From contig DF237455.1 in the NCBI GenBank assembly GCA_000708835.1, positions 1 to 64,000 on the forward strand: 64,000 bases of DNA, written 5' to 3'. Numbering within the stretch: the first letter of the stretch is position 1; each line of letters starts with the position of its first letter. Source of the stretch: Klebsormidium nitens (taxonomy: Eukaryota > Plantae > Klebsormidiophyceae). Both the position numbers and the translations under genes were made by a program. Of this stretch, positions 11,001 through 23,800 are shown piece after piece. Under the pieces are notes generated by a model. The model saw nothing but the letters and a program-made list of their open reading frames with translations, ran no database searches and was not told the origin of the DNA.

Positions 11001-13426
11001 AGCAAGTCAGAGAAACGTGAACGACGTTCTAGCAGTCAAGGGAGAATCTTGCGTATGTCGCTCGGAATATCCCGTTTGGCCGCCCGAGCAATGTACAAGC
11101 ATGCCGATCGGCATTCTCCAGGTCAGGCTAAACATGACAAACCGGGCGATTTTGTGAGGGTGAAGTCACCTTCTGAGTGCCCGGTATGAGTCGCCGGAGG
11201 ATGTCGAAGCGGTCGTTGATTCGATCTCGTCGCCTCTGCAAGAAGGCGCGAAAGAGTTGAAGAATTTCGCAAATTCCTTACGGCAGAGCTTGCTGATCTG
11301 AGCTAGATCTCCAGCCATTTTCTGACTGGATCTGCAACGTATGCGAGAGGGTCGACGCGACCAAGGAAACAGCGGTTAGCATGCAAAATGCAGCTGGAAG
11401 TTATTGGCTCATACGAACTTAGGAACTTCCGTCCTCATCGTTCTGGATTCTGTGGTAATACGAGCCCGAGTACAAGATCATCACAAACGGAGGTGGAGCT
11501 CAAGAAAGATAATAATAAGCCAAGGTAATATTTGGATCCGACTAACACTAGAAACGCTAACTCAAAAAGATACCTGCTGCGCATGCACCTGCACCTGCTC
11601 CGCACCCATACCCACCCTAACAAAATAACCCTAGCCGTCCCGGTGCGGTTACCTTAATATAATTTCGGCTTATTATGTAGTCTCTTGAGTTCGTTGAGTC
11701 TCACCCGCTCTGCTGCGCTGTGATTCGTGGGGCTCAGGAGCTTGCGCCCCGGGGTGCTCGCCGGATAATACGGGCTGCTCGCCTGTCAGCAGAACAAAAA
11801 ACTGGTCATACCTCTTCTCTTTCCCGTGAAAAGCAGTGGAAAGAAAAAGTGGATACTTGGCGGCTCCTTCTGCCCTTTCTTTACTCGAAAGCTCAGATTC
11901 CATACGAGTCCAGAATCGACCGTTTCTGCACGAATTCTTGTCAAGGCTCTTGCCGGCTCTGGCCGTTTCTTCACACCTTTTGGTTTCTGATCAACGCATG
12001 CGGCTTCCCGATAGGCGCGTTCTTCAACCAGAGGATCGTCACTCCTTTTGTCCGATGGGCTCTTAGGACGTTGCACCGTTACAATTGGACTGCTGCCACC
12101 CATTAGCAGAACGTCTCGTTGTGCAACATGGCCGGCCAGAAAAGCCAAGAACTACGCTTTCATGCCTTCATTGAGCTGGTTCATTTGAGGATTATACCAC
12201 TGCACTTTGAGCTGCTGTATGCTGTTCAGACCGCAGAACAACGCAACAGGCTCCGCGGTTCAGGTCACCCTTACACAGGGGCGGCAGAGCGCACGTTGGC
12301 AGCAGCGCAAGCGGAATCGGCACTGGATCTATAGTGGTCACTTGCTTCGTGCCTCGTGTGTCGTTTTCTGCGACGACTTCGTCATCTGCTGACTTTTGAC
12401 AAGGGGCATAGAACTCACCCAAGGCAGGGGGGTGCCAGCTGCAGCCCCGTCCTCTTCTCTCCTCTGCGCTCCGTCCCCCCCCCCTACGCGTGCCGCTGCG
12501 CCGCGAGTCCTCCAATCTCCCTCCCCCCCACCAAACGCCTCGGCCCCCCACGGCGTGACGTCACCCCTGAGGTCAGGAAGGCCCAGCACCGCTGCTCTGA
12601 TCGACCGCGGGGACGGCGGCAGGGGGGTGCCCAGCCCCTTGAGAAGCACCCCCCCGGGAGGTTTTAGGTTTACCGTCGGCACTGCTCCCGGCCCGATGCG
12701 CAAGTCTTTGACCCATTGCGGGAGGACGTATCTTTCAGGGAGGGGCTCGACTTGCTCCCCTTGGTTGTTGACGTAATAGTCCGCAATGCCCCGCCAGCTG
12801 TTGCTGTGGAGCAGACCCCCGGCCTCGTGCGCGTCTGTGCTGGGGGGGAGGATTTGCAGCGGTTCAAGCCCCCCCAGAAAGTCGTTCGAGAGGCCGGCGT
12901 TCAGCAGGTGGTCGGGGTTGAAGTCCGAGGGGGGGAAGTCGCCAGACCCTCCCGCCTGGAACTGATTGAAAACGGAAAGTTGAGTTGCCCGCAATTCTTG
13001 AACAAAAACAAGGAGGATCAAAAACAAGGCATGTAAGGTTTTGGCAGTCATGCTGCTTGTATTCTGCCCAACCCATTGCTACAAATATACTAGCAGCAGA
13101 ACTACCTCCTGTTCATGATCAATCAATTTATGCAACCCCGCGGCTCACATGCATGCACGCAATCTGCTTTCCAAGTGATATTCTCAGCCTCTGCCTGATT
13201 AAAGCAACGCGTTCCTCAACTAACCAACCAGCCCATAAGGAATGTCCATCCGACTTGCCTGTTCCAGATACAGAAACGAATTGGCGAACTGCCCGTCCTC
13301 CCCCCCCTGTGATGCATTCGCATCCAGCCAATTCCCACTCCCCGGTTTTCGCTCGTCCAAGTCAAGCACCTCGCCATACTCCGCCATCGTGCGGCGGAGG
13401 GATCCCTCACGGCTGCGCCCTTCCAT
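8062..13426 (-). CDS. bHLH transcription factor with C-terminal ACT-like domain
   Basis: Spliced bHLH from exons near 11780-11705, 11240-11165 and 10735-10530: NHSAAER|RRRDRINDRFDILRRLIPGTQK|ADKATVLKAVIDYVSRLQ. ACT-like domain from exons near 9620-9515 and 9180-9075: IAVDVRDQSYVVRITCPTRGGLLFDVIATLKQLGLE|VTDGELSSCRGRVLHVFYVP...KAKLE. ATG at 13426; last exon LPPKTQ...SGGQ* with stop at 8062. Confidence 0.9.
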
Positions 13427-14813
13427 TATGACGACCCCGCATCAGCATTGGGCAGCAATCCACGCTAAGCGTCTCAAAAGTGATCAAACATGCGCAGCAT
13501 TACGTTTCCAATTCCTGGTGCCTCTCTATCCCCAATGCCACCACTTGCGGGGGCCCTCATGTCGGCATCAAGACTACCAGGAAACAAGTTTGCCTAGGAG
13601 GAACCTCAGTTTAAGCCCTCATCGACCTCGCCCGCATTCCTTATTTCGCCAATGTCACAATGCTAGCTTCTCTCACACGACGTGTCATTGTAAAAAGCGT
13701 GCAGGATTGTGCACCGGGGAGGGTTGGATCCACAGTACCATACTCAGATCAAGAGTTGGGCTGATTTCGCGGGATTGTTGCTGCCTTGTTCAAGGGGCTG
13801 AAAGAGTCACATTCAGCTTTAATTTTAATTTAATATCGTTGAGATAAAGCTAGGCCAGTAGTGTGCATGATTTGCGATACGTGATCATTGTTGGACATAC
13901 CGACGTGAAACTTAGCTGCTGAAATATAAAATACAAATCTAGACCTTCCACCACTCAAATTGTCTTCCCATGGGCAGATTCTGTATAGCTACTGCAAGAC
14001 GATGCAATGACTTTACTCGCCAAATTCGCATGCAAGAACCAGGCGTTGAAGTTTCATGGCCCCATTTCAGATCCATCATGATCAGATCATCCAGATCAAT
14101 TGGCTGGTTTTTTCGACCTGAGCCGTTCCAGCTGGCTCAACTCCGATTCTAGTCCGACCCAAAAGTTGTGACCGTACCATTGCATCACACAAGTACCTAT
14201 CTTAGAAAACTGCGGCCAGCTCCAGCCTGGTATATTCGGCCGGCAATGCGCTGCTGATCTGGGCAGGATTTGCGATTCGGTAGCATTGCGATGCACGCAC
14301 GCAGAATGGTCGCGAGACCTCAGATCGTGATGATTGCACTTTTTGGCAACCACCTCTTGACTCCGCTCCGGTCCCGAGAAAGTTGCGTGCAAGCCCAATC
14401 GCGAGAGTCGTCGATTGTCTATATGTACCCGGAAGAAGCAGATCCGGCCGTCGGATCTTGGGCAGGTCGAGAGCCGTCGAACCAGGCCAAATCCAGATCT
14501 GACGGTACAGAGACTCGAATCTTACGATCCTGTGCGAAATGGGCACTGCAGGCTGCAGCAGAGCTCTTCTCTCGTGATACCTAGCAAAGAAGAAGCGCAC
14601 AGGAATCATGATTGCGCTCTAATATGGAATAGGTAGGCAAGAGGGATTTTAGGAGGAGCTGACGTATCTTGTCTTCTCAAAAACCCCTTCAAAGCAGCAC
14701 GTGCAAGGAGGTTCTCTCATGCTGCCCCCTCGAAACAGAATGCTGGGTCTTATCCTGCATTGTAATCGCTGTTTGACTACAGTCACGTCGCTTTGACCCA
14801 GCTGTTCTGTAGT

Positions 14814-17800
14814 ATGACGTCTGTCCAGCAGTGCCTATTGACCGTTCAGCTGAGCAGCGGCGTGCGACCGCTTCCGCCGGACTTTGTTCCGCACCTAGTT
14901 GCAGCTCCGTTGGGAAAAGAGGATGGGCCTGTGTTTGCATTTGGGCAGCAGCCAATGGCGTACAACCAGGTGGCGGGCCTGTGGCACCTCGCATTCATCG
15001 CACCGCAGAATGCAGGTGAATCTGGGGCCGTCGGAAGGGTTGCATAGCAGAATCCGCTTCAGGTTCCTGGTCCATTTGTTGTTATTCTCAGGGGTCGCGG
15101 TGAAATCAGAAGTTTCACCCCAAACTTGAGAATCTCACTTTGTGTACGCTGACTGAACAAACTGGTGAGGCACTCTGAGTTTCTTCTTCAAGAGGACAAA
15201 CAGCAGGACAAACCAAGACTAGCAGGCAGCGGAAGTCAAAGACAAACTCAATTTCAAAGTCACTGGTCACTTCCGTAAAGAAACCTCCTTTCATCTGCAC
15301 AAGCGGGGAACATGAAGCAACCGCCAATAAAGCTCGGCCCAAGTGGACAACACTGCTAAAACCCTGTTCCAAATCGGCGGGTTTCAACGGCGCTGACATC
15401 CTGGGCTTGTTCAACAAACTTTTCAAAGCAATCGATCCGCGCATTCGTTCTACCATCAAGTCTCTGTTCGCTTTTGGTGCCCAATGGGCTTTTTCTTGAA
15501 GTGCTGAAGAGCCAGCAACCAGCGACTGCGCTAGCCGCTCTGTAAGCAAACACTGGGCAATTCAGACCCACATTACCATGTAAAGCCTGTAAGGCCTTCT
15601 CTACTTGCTTACATCTTCATGACTTCTGTGAGAATTACCCGGGTGACTTACTATATATCTGTTGAACCTTTTGTTGTTGCCGAAAACTGGCACCTACTCC
15701 GTGCAAAGAACAGACACACAACCTAGTAGTTTCTCGTCGACTTACCAACTTTCCATCATCGCTCCTTTTCTAGTTGGCGGCTTCCTCTTCTCCTTGACCA
15801 CCAACTCAACAACCGTCCAAGAAACACGCGACGAGCCTCGCAGCCTCGCTCTTTACCTGCGTGGGCCCCCGCCAACTGGCGACTCCGCCAGCTTTTCTGT
15901 TGGGGCCAACAAGACAGACTCTTTGCGATGCACCGTCGTCGTTGCTGCCGAACCTGTAAGCGCGTTCGAGCTGGGGGGATGCTTGCACTCTCCTGCACAG
16001 GACAATCAGGGGGGTGAGTAACCTGAAATTGTCGGAAGCATCCTTCTTGGTTTGTCTTTCTGCCAACCCCCTCCTTTCTCCCCATGTTCTCCTCCTTCTC
16101 AAATGCGCTTTATGGGTCATTTGTTGGCGTAAAGATGGCCTTTGTTAGCATCGGTTTGTCAAAGTGAACGATGACGAACGTTTTCCAAAATATGTGGGCC
16201 ATTTCAAGGAGGCTCATCGAATTGAGTCAGATTACTGAAAGGTAGTTGAGAGCCAATCAGGCGTCACCTTTGACTTTCAAACATCAGGCTTGTTATTGCA
16301 GAAGTCATGTTTGACGCTGGTCGTAAAGTCAGAACTTCACTGTTTAAGTACGCAATACCATTGCGTCCTTGCTGGCGTAGCGTTATCTGCTGTTTCGTAG
16401 CGGATCGTAAGTCGGAGCCGAGCACAGCGGATCGGCAGAGCCGAAGTCATCGTTTATGTTCGCTGACGTCATCGTCCATGCTCGCTGACGTCATCGTCCA
16501 TGCTCGCTGCAGATGCATTTGAAATTGGCAGCCCTGGAGAGGACAGTCTTCTTACAAGCTATGATAGAAAGGTGAGTCGCCTGCATTTCCGGCTTTTCCT
16601 GGCCTTTGCAAATCACGCAGTAGACATATTGTTCTCAGGCACTCTAGCTACAAATAGACGGTGTATACGGTCATGAATCCAGGGAGTCGATGTGGCCAAG
16701 GCTGAGACTCTTGTTGCATTCAGGAGCGCCGGAGACGTCAACAGACCTCAAGTGGCTCTCCCCATAGCAACCATTCTTGTTGGGGAAGAGTGGACTTGCT
16801 GCAGACTTGGAGGCGCCATAAACCCCTTTTTTTTTTTGGAGTCAAGACTTGAGAGAGTAACGAGCCTTGATGGCCCAAACGCTGATGAGAAAGGTCACGC
16901 CCAAAAGACAGTTCGAAAACAAGAGCGAAACGAAACGAAAAAAACGCCCTTCATTCCAGGATGCCGACAGCCCCACCCTCCCCTACCTCGCCAACTCGAC
17001 GGAGGAGCCCCGTCTGCTGCGCTCCATCTCAGAGCCTGCGCGCGCCGGTTTCAACTCGCTCTCGCGGCTAAAATCGGCGATGGGCGCGCGCGTGCTGAGC
17101 GTGAAAGACCTCCTGGTGCTGGAAGAGGGGTCCGAGGAAGGGGCGTCGGAGGAGGAGGGCGAAGAAATTGACGAGCCGGGGACCGCCACGTCAGCAGGCA
17201 GCGTAGGTTCCTCATTTTGTAATTTTCAATGTTTGCTGTCTGCTTTGGCTGGTTACTTTCCGACTGAAGAAGGGGTCCGAGGAAGGGGCGTCGGAGGAGG
17301 GGGCCGGAGAGAACGACGAGCCGGGGACTGCCACGTCAGCAGGCAGCGTAAGTTACCTATCTTGAGGTTTTCTGCCTTGTCCTGTCTGTCCTCAATAAGA
17401 ACCTCCTTGCTGCTGGAGAAGGTGTTGGAGGGGGGAGGGAAGGCAAGGGGCCAGGGACTTACCGAAATGGAAATGACATGGGGCCTGCTCTTGCGCTTTT
17501 GGTGGGCAGGAATCTTAAAGCTACTACAGTAATTTGCTCGAACACTTTTAACTCCGTTCTGTAGGGGGTTCCGATCCTAAGAAATCGTAGTAGAAGATGG
17601 AGTCGGCATGATAGGTCCTCTTCGCCTTTCTTCTAACCAGTCGGTTGCAACTCCAAGAGTGTTTCGACAAAGCTCCTCTGAGGAGCTGGTCGCAGGCAAA
17701 GCCGACGACTGAAGGAAATTGCTGTGAGAACCGTGGTTTGGCTACTCCAAACCTGCTCACGCATGACCAGCTCCGAAAATTCCATGTCGATCTTCTCACC

Positions 17801-20800
17801 AACAATGTACTTTGCGTGTACGATTCCTCTCTACTTTCAGAGCGCCTGCCGATCTCAACCCTTTTGCCATTACGACTCCTTATCTCACTTTGCTTTCTCC
17901 CCCCCACCTCAGAGCGCCGAGGATTGGTCTCCCCCCTACCAAGCGCACAGCCAGTTCAACGCGTTTGATTTGGCCCACGAGCTCGACCCCGTCCTCAGCC
18001 GCGCGCCGTCGCTGAAGCGCGAGAACCTGCCCCCGCACGTGCAACGCTCGCTGTCTTCGTCGTGGGAGTTTTCCAACCCGGGGTCGCCGCACAAGCGCTT
18101 CCCGGTGGAGGAGGAGGATCAGACGGACATGCCGGCCGCAGCTGGAGGTGGGTAAAGTTTTGGGATTCTGTGTTCTGGGTTTCTAAGGGGTCCAGGAGTT
18201 TGGTCAGTGGCTGTTTAAGACGCGCTCGATGTCTTCGTTTTGGGAGTTCTCCAACCCGTGGAAGAGGAAGATCAGACGGACATGCCGGCCGCTGCTGGAG
18301 GTGAGTGAGGTGTCAAGGATTACGTCGTTTGGAAGGCTTGCGGTTTAGGGTTCAGCCAAGGAATGCGCAAGGCGCGCTTGTCTTCTTCATCGTGGGAGTT
18401 CTGCAGTCCGGCTTCGCAGCACAAGCGCTTCCCAGTGGAAGAGGAGGATCAGACGGATATGCCAGCCGCCGCTGGAGGTGGGTTGACTTTTGAAGCTTTG
18501 TGTTCTGGGTTACTGAGGCGTATAGGGTTTTGGTCAGTGGCTGTGAAAGACACGCTCGATGTCTTCGTTTTGAGAGTTCCTCAACCCGTGGAAGAGGAAG
18601 ATCAAACGGACATTCCGGCCGCTGCTGGAGGTGAGCGAGGTATCGAGGATAATGTCTCCTGGGTAGGGTGTAGGGTTTAGCCAAAGAATAGGCAAGAAGC
18701 GTTCGCCTTCTTCGTCGTGGGAGTTTCGACATCGACTCTCGCTGCAAAAAGCGCTTCCCGGTGGAGGAGGAGGATTAGACGGACATGCTGGCCGCCGCCG
18801 GGGGTGAGGATTCCGTCATTTGGGTTTTTGAGGGCTTAAGGATGTTGACAAATGAATGTCCAAGAAGTGCTCGCCTTTTTCGACCTGCGAATCGAAAGGT
18901 GGTTGCCAAACAAGGCTTCCCCGCGGAAGAGGAGGATCAGGGCGCACCTGGGCTGTTGTGCTTTTTGGATGTGAGAGTTTAGGCGAAGCCAGGCCTTTCG
19001 GAGAACGAGGTCGCCACAAAAGTGCTTCCAGTAAAAGAGAGTGTCGAAAAGATATGGTTCCGCTCAGGGGTCCGAGACATGCCATTGGATTTTATAATAT
19101 CTCCAGAGTCACGTGGGGTTCATACAAGACTTGAGCCGCTCAGAGAGGCGCTCCCTTACGGATTGAGAGGAACCGAGGGACGAGACAGCCGCAACATCTC
19201 TGGGTTCAGGTTGCGGCTAAGGTCAATTGTTTGATGACCAGAACATGGCCGATTGATTTGGTGGCTTCTACTTCACTGTCCTTTGGCTGACCATTCGTAA
19301 TTCCGTTTTCAGCGGTCGCTGCGGCGGCCATCTCGGAGCGGATGGACGGGCCCAAAGAGAAGCGGAAACTGGCCATCATATTAGTCGGGTGAGAACTTCA
19401 AGCACCTCACATCGATGTCACTACTTTGTCTCTTCCCTTGGTTCAAACAAAGATCTGCCAAACATCGACTGGAACCTTTTCGGAAGGCTTCGACAAGTCA
19501 CTACTTAGCAAATCTAGACGGTTCTGCTCCAGTTGATTCACCGCACTTTCTGCCCAGAACTATACTGGACAGCTTCGAAGCTTGGCGTCTACTCGGCTTG
19601 TTCTCCCTCTGCGTTCGGAGACTTCCGCAAACGCGGACCCTGTGAAGAGCTGAATCGAAAGCGGGCCAGACGGCCGAACATTCATAAAAAGCCCGCAAGA
19701 ATTTCGCCCGAGCGATTTTCACCTTATTTTCGACATACTATACTCAGTGTCACCGGTTTCTAGACGTCTCCTCCTTTTCATTCTGGATTCGAATGGGAGC
19801 CTGACTCCTGCGCAGGCTACCTGCGAGGGGGAAGAGCTACACGGCTGCCAAGCTGACGCAGTATCTACGGTGGCTGGGTCACGAGACGAAGCACTTCAAC
19901 GTCGGCTCGTTCCGGCGGCAGATGCACGGGGCAGGTCACACCGCCAGCTTCTTTGACCCAGGTACGGAAAGAGTGCCAAGTGTTCTGGTGTAACTTTTGT
20001 TTCTGCTATGGGAGAGGAGTTTGTTTCAAACTGCAAGATCTCCAGCGTCTCTGGCTTTTTGACGTCTTTGTCTTAAGGCCCAATCCCAAGCATTTGACGT
20101 TCTTTGAAGCTTGCTAGACGAGTTGGTCTCGAGTAACAGACCCGTTGTGAGGAAATCAGGCGCAGGATTGCTGCGCAGAGTCTGATTACATACATCGCCA
20201 GGTTTGGTCTCGCTGCGTGCATAAGACGTCTCTTGTGGAAAGCCCAGCCGCGGCTTCGACATGTCCGAATCTCCATCTCAGCAGCAAGTGCGCAACGTGT
20301 CCTCAAGCAACTCGCACTCTCAATTTTCGTCGATGCTAAATGGTTGGTTGGCTCGTGGTGTGAGTAAAGGCGAAGGCGAGAAGACTGGGCCCGTTGCAGC
20401 TCTTCTGACGTGCCCAAAAACAGTGAGACGGGTCAAAGAGGAAAGACCCTTGATGTCGTTTTTTCATCACTGAAGCTTTCAAAACAAAATGTTACTGAAA
20501 GACATCGACGCTGGAGAACGACCCGTGCAGATAACGATGCGGGCCAAGAAGCCCGGCGCGAGGCCGCTGTCGCGACGTTCCAAGCGATGCTGAAGTGGTT
20601 CGACGAGGGGGGGCAAGTCGCGTGCTTCGACGCGACCAACTCATCGGCGGCGCGGCGGCGCATGCTGCTAGAAATGGCGGAGGGGCGCTGCAAGGTGAGA
20701 AAGAGCTGTAAACTCTCAAATATTCTGGGCTTGAGTACCAAGCCTTTCGGAACTCAGAGATGTAGAAGCAAAGCGTTGGCGGTGCACAGACGATGCTGCT

Positions 20801-23800
20801 AGGGTGGGGCCCCGGGGGTGTGAAGTAACAATCTGACACGGAATCCTGCGGTTTTGTCCTTACAAGAAGAAGCGGAGCGTGCGGCAGCTTCAAATCTTTC
20901 TTGAAGCGAACGGCGGCCGTTTCGACTTCTCAGCCTTCAGGACTCAATATTGGTAGACGACCAAGATTCTACAACGAACCTAAAAGGGGACCCAGAAATC
21001 TTACCAGGCCTCACGAGTAAGAACAGTGCTGAAAAAAGCGGAGTGTTCTCGCAGGCGGTTCTCTCAAAAAGCGCGCGCTTTAAGCCACTATCGTGGAGCG
21101 CAAACGCCTGGTTACAGCTCGGGAGTGCCCAAAAGCTGTCAGTCTTCGATTCCTAATCTCCTCAAACTCAGAAACGCAGAACCCCGAAGCAACTTGGGTT
21201 GTCATGCGACTCTTTTCGAAGGGTTTGTGCGCCGGGGGCACTCTCGGAGCGCAACATTCGACTCGAAGTCCTCAGTGCCTCATAATCTCTTGAGTACCGA
21301 TCTCTCAGCATTGCGAGCTCCTGATGAACGTGCTCTGTGTAGCCCATGATTTTTGAACAGCGTATGCAACGACGCCTCTCCTGAAGAGCGCAGTATCCAA
21401 GAAAAGGAGCGGACTAACTTAAGATAAGGAAAACTCAGTATATTCAGAACTGGCGAAACCCTGGTCGATGTGCTTTCCGCAGGCAATCTTTTTGGAGAGC
21501 ATATGCGACGACGCTTCTCTGGTGGAGCGCAACATCCGGGAGAAGGTGCGGACGAGCCCGGACTACGCGGACTGGCTCGACAAGGAGGCCGCAGTCCGAG
21601 ACCTCGAGAGCAGGATCGCCAACTATCAAAAGGTGAGCCCAACCACTGACAAGAATAGATTTCTTATGTTCCCAGAACGCCTCCAGCTACAACGAGAATA
21701 AGGTCGTCAAACGTCAAAAGGTGAGTCTAGCTACAGACGGGAGCGTTTTGCGAAGGTGTTGCGCAAATCCAGCGCAATCGCTCTCATAGCTACCGAGTCC
21801 TTGCCCAGCAGAGTGCCGCCCTTTGCTTCTACCCGGGCGCCTCTCTGCAGACCTTGGGAATTTTTGAGATTGTCCCCTCATCTTGTTTGAGGTACACTCG
21901 ACGCGAACAGGAAAATTAGCTCGGTGACCAAAAACATTCGAGCGTTCCAACAACTGGAGAGAGAATTTCGATACTTGCTGCGCGCGCAGGCGTACGAGCC
22001 CGTGAACGAGGGCAGCTGCATCAAGCTGATCAACATGGTGCACGGCTCGGGGGGCCAGATCCATGTCAAGAACATCAGCGGCTATCTTCCCGGGCGGATT
22101 GTCTTCTACCTGGTAAGGCATCCACCGCTTCTTTCTACTCAAGGGCGTGCTTATTTATCCATACGTTGCGTTCTCGAGTCGTCGTGTCTGCTTAGTGGCG
22201 ATCTTAGACGGGCTATCGTGTTTGCAGTGGTGCAATCATGGGAGGGCGACAAGCCCATGGATTTTGCAATCTGTCATACGGTCGTTCACGTCAGTCCACT
22301 CGCTTGAAGGAAACTCGTGAACGGAGCCCAGAGCCTGCGGACACCTCCGATTCCGGTCTGCAAAGATTCTAAGGTCTTCCTTGCCGTCTGTAGGTAGGCG
22401 TGCGCATGACGGCCCCCATACGCCTTATGAGCCAGCCCACATCCCGAGCATCTTTCAGAATCCCAGTTTGTCAAAGAACCAAGCCAAAAACGCCCTAGAA
22501 CCTGACCCTTTTTGTTAACTTCAGGTAAATGTGCACATCACGGCCCGCCCCATCTTCCTAACCCGCCACGGGGAGAGCCAGGACAACGTGGAGGGCCGCA
22601 TCGGAGGGGATCCCCCTCTGTCCTCCCGGGGGGAGGCTTATGCCCCCAAACTCGCGGAATTTTTACACAAGCGGTTGAAGCAGGAGCCGGCGGCGTCCGT
22701 TTGGACGTCCACGCTGCAGCGGACGCTGCTGACCGCGCGTTACATCGTGGGGTATCCCAAGGTGCGCGGGTTAGGGCCTAACAAAGCGGTTAGGGTTTTC
22801 CTTGAGGCAAGATCATTGAATTGAGGATAGCGAACGAAGAAGAGAGTGAAGAGCTGCCATAGGCTTGAGCAAAGTGAGACACGAAAGTCTGGCTCTACAG
22901 ATCGAGTAACATCACACACCTGCCTGGGGCCTATCTGGACATTGGGCAACTCGACTCCACGGTTTCAAGCTTAAGTCGTTTTTGATGAGAGCAACCGACA
23001 TAAGACCGACGTGCACCTGACAGCGATCTGCGACTGCTTCTGACCTGCAAAGCAAACAAAACGGTCCAACAAGTCTTCTTCAAGCTTGCCGGGCCAATCG
23101 TTCGTTTCCAGCTTCTTCGACGTTTCTGCTGTCCTAAAAGTTTTGGATGGCAGTCCGATGATGCTGACGTCAAGACTGGTCAACATTGTCCTTCGTTCGT
23201 GCTGACCCCGTCAACACGTGTTCCTCGCTGATCCGTTACAGATATCCAAAGCTGCTTCTTGTCCGGCAGGGTCTGCGGAAGAAGCTCTGTCATCCGCTTA
23301 TGTTTACTATTCGGTCGAAATCTTATGTGTACGCTTTTGTAGGTGCAATGGCGCGCGCTGGACGAGATCGCTGCGGGCGTTTGTGACGGGATGACGTATG
23401 GTGACATCAAGGAGAAGATGCCTGAGGAGCACAAAGCCAGGTGCGGCGGCGCCCCCTTCCCTCGCTTCAAGGTTTCTGGACTTTAGAGCTTAGAGCTTCG
23501 GGTGTCGATGACGTCGCAAATGTCTTTTCGCACCTTCGTTTCGACGCACGAGGCTGTGACGGCTTCATACTTGCAGGAGAAACCGGCCCCCCGTGTCATG
23601 GATCGGTGTCTCCTTTTCTTGAATCTAGTCACTTCTTGAGGGGTTTAAACCAACGATCAGCCGCCTGACTTTGGCAAAAATTGTGTGATGCTTCTGCTGC
23701 GAGCTTGCTGAAGATGGGAACGCATCGAAAGACTACATTCTCAGGGGAGCACAGGAGCCCCTCCTTTAACATCTTATTTCAGAACTTCAGTGAACGACAC

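Noticed and set aside
12338-13051. 237-aa ORF with an apparent signal peptide
   Set aside because: It is an internal exon of the bHLH gene plus intronic flanks; the hydrophobic start lies in the intron after the GC donor.
13242-13847. 201-aa + strand ORF
   Set aside because: Antisense to bHLH exon 1 and its leader, with no recognisable domain or codon bias.
18045-18950. Repeat-spacer appearance suggesting a CRISPR array
   Set aside because: Repeats are long, degenerate copies of a eukaryotic exon end, spacers are related to one another, and there are no cas genes.
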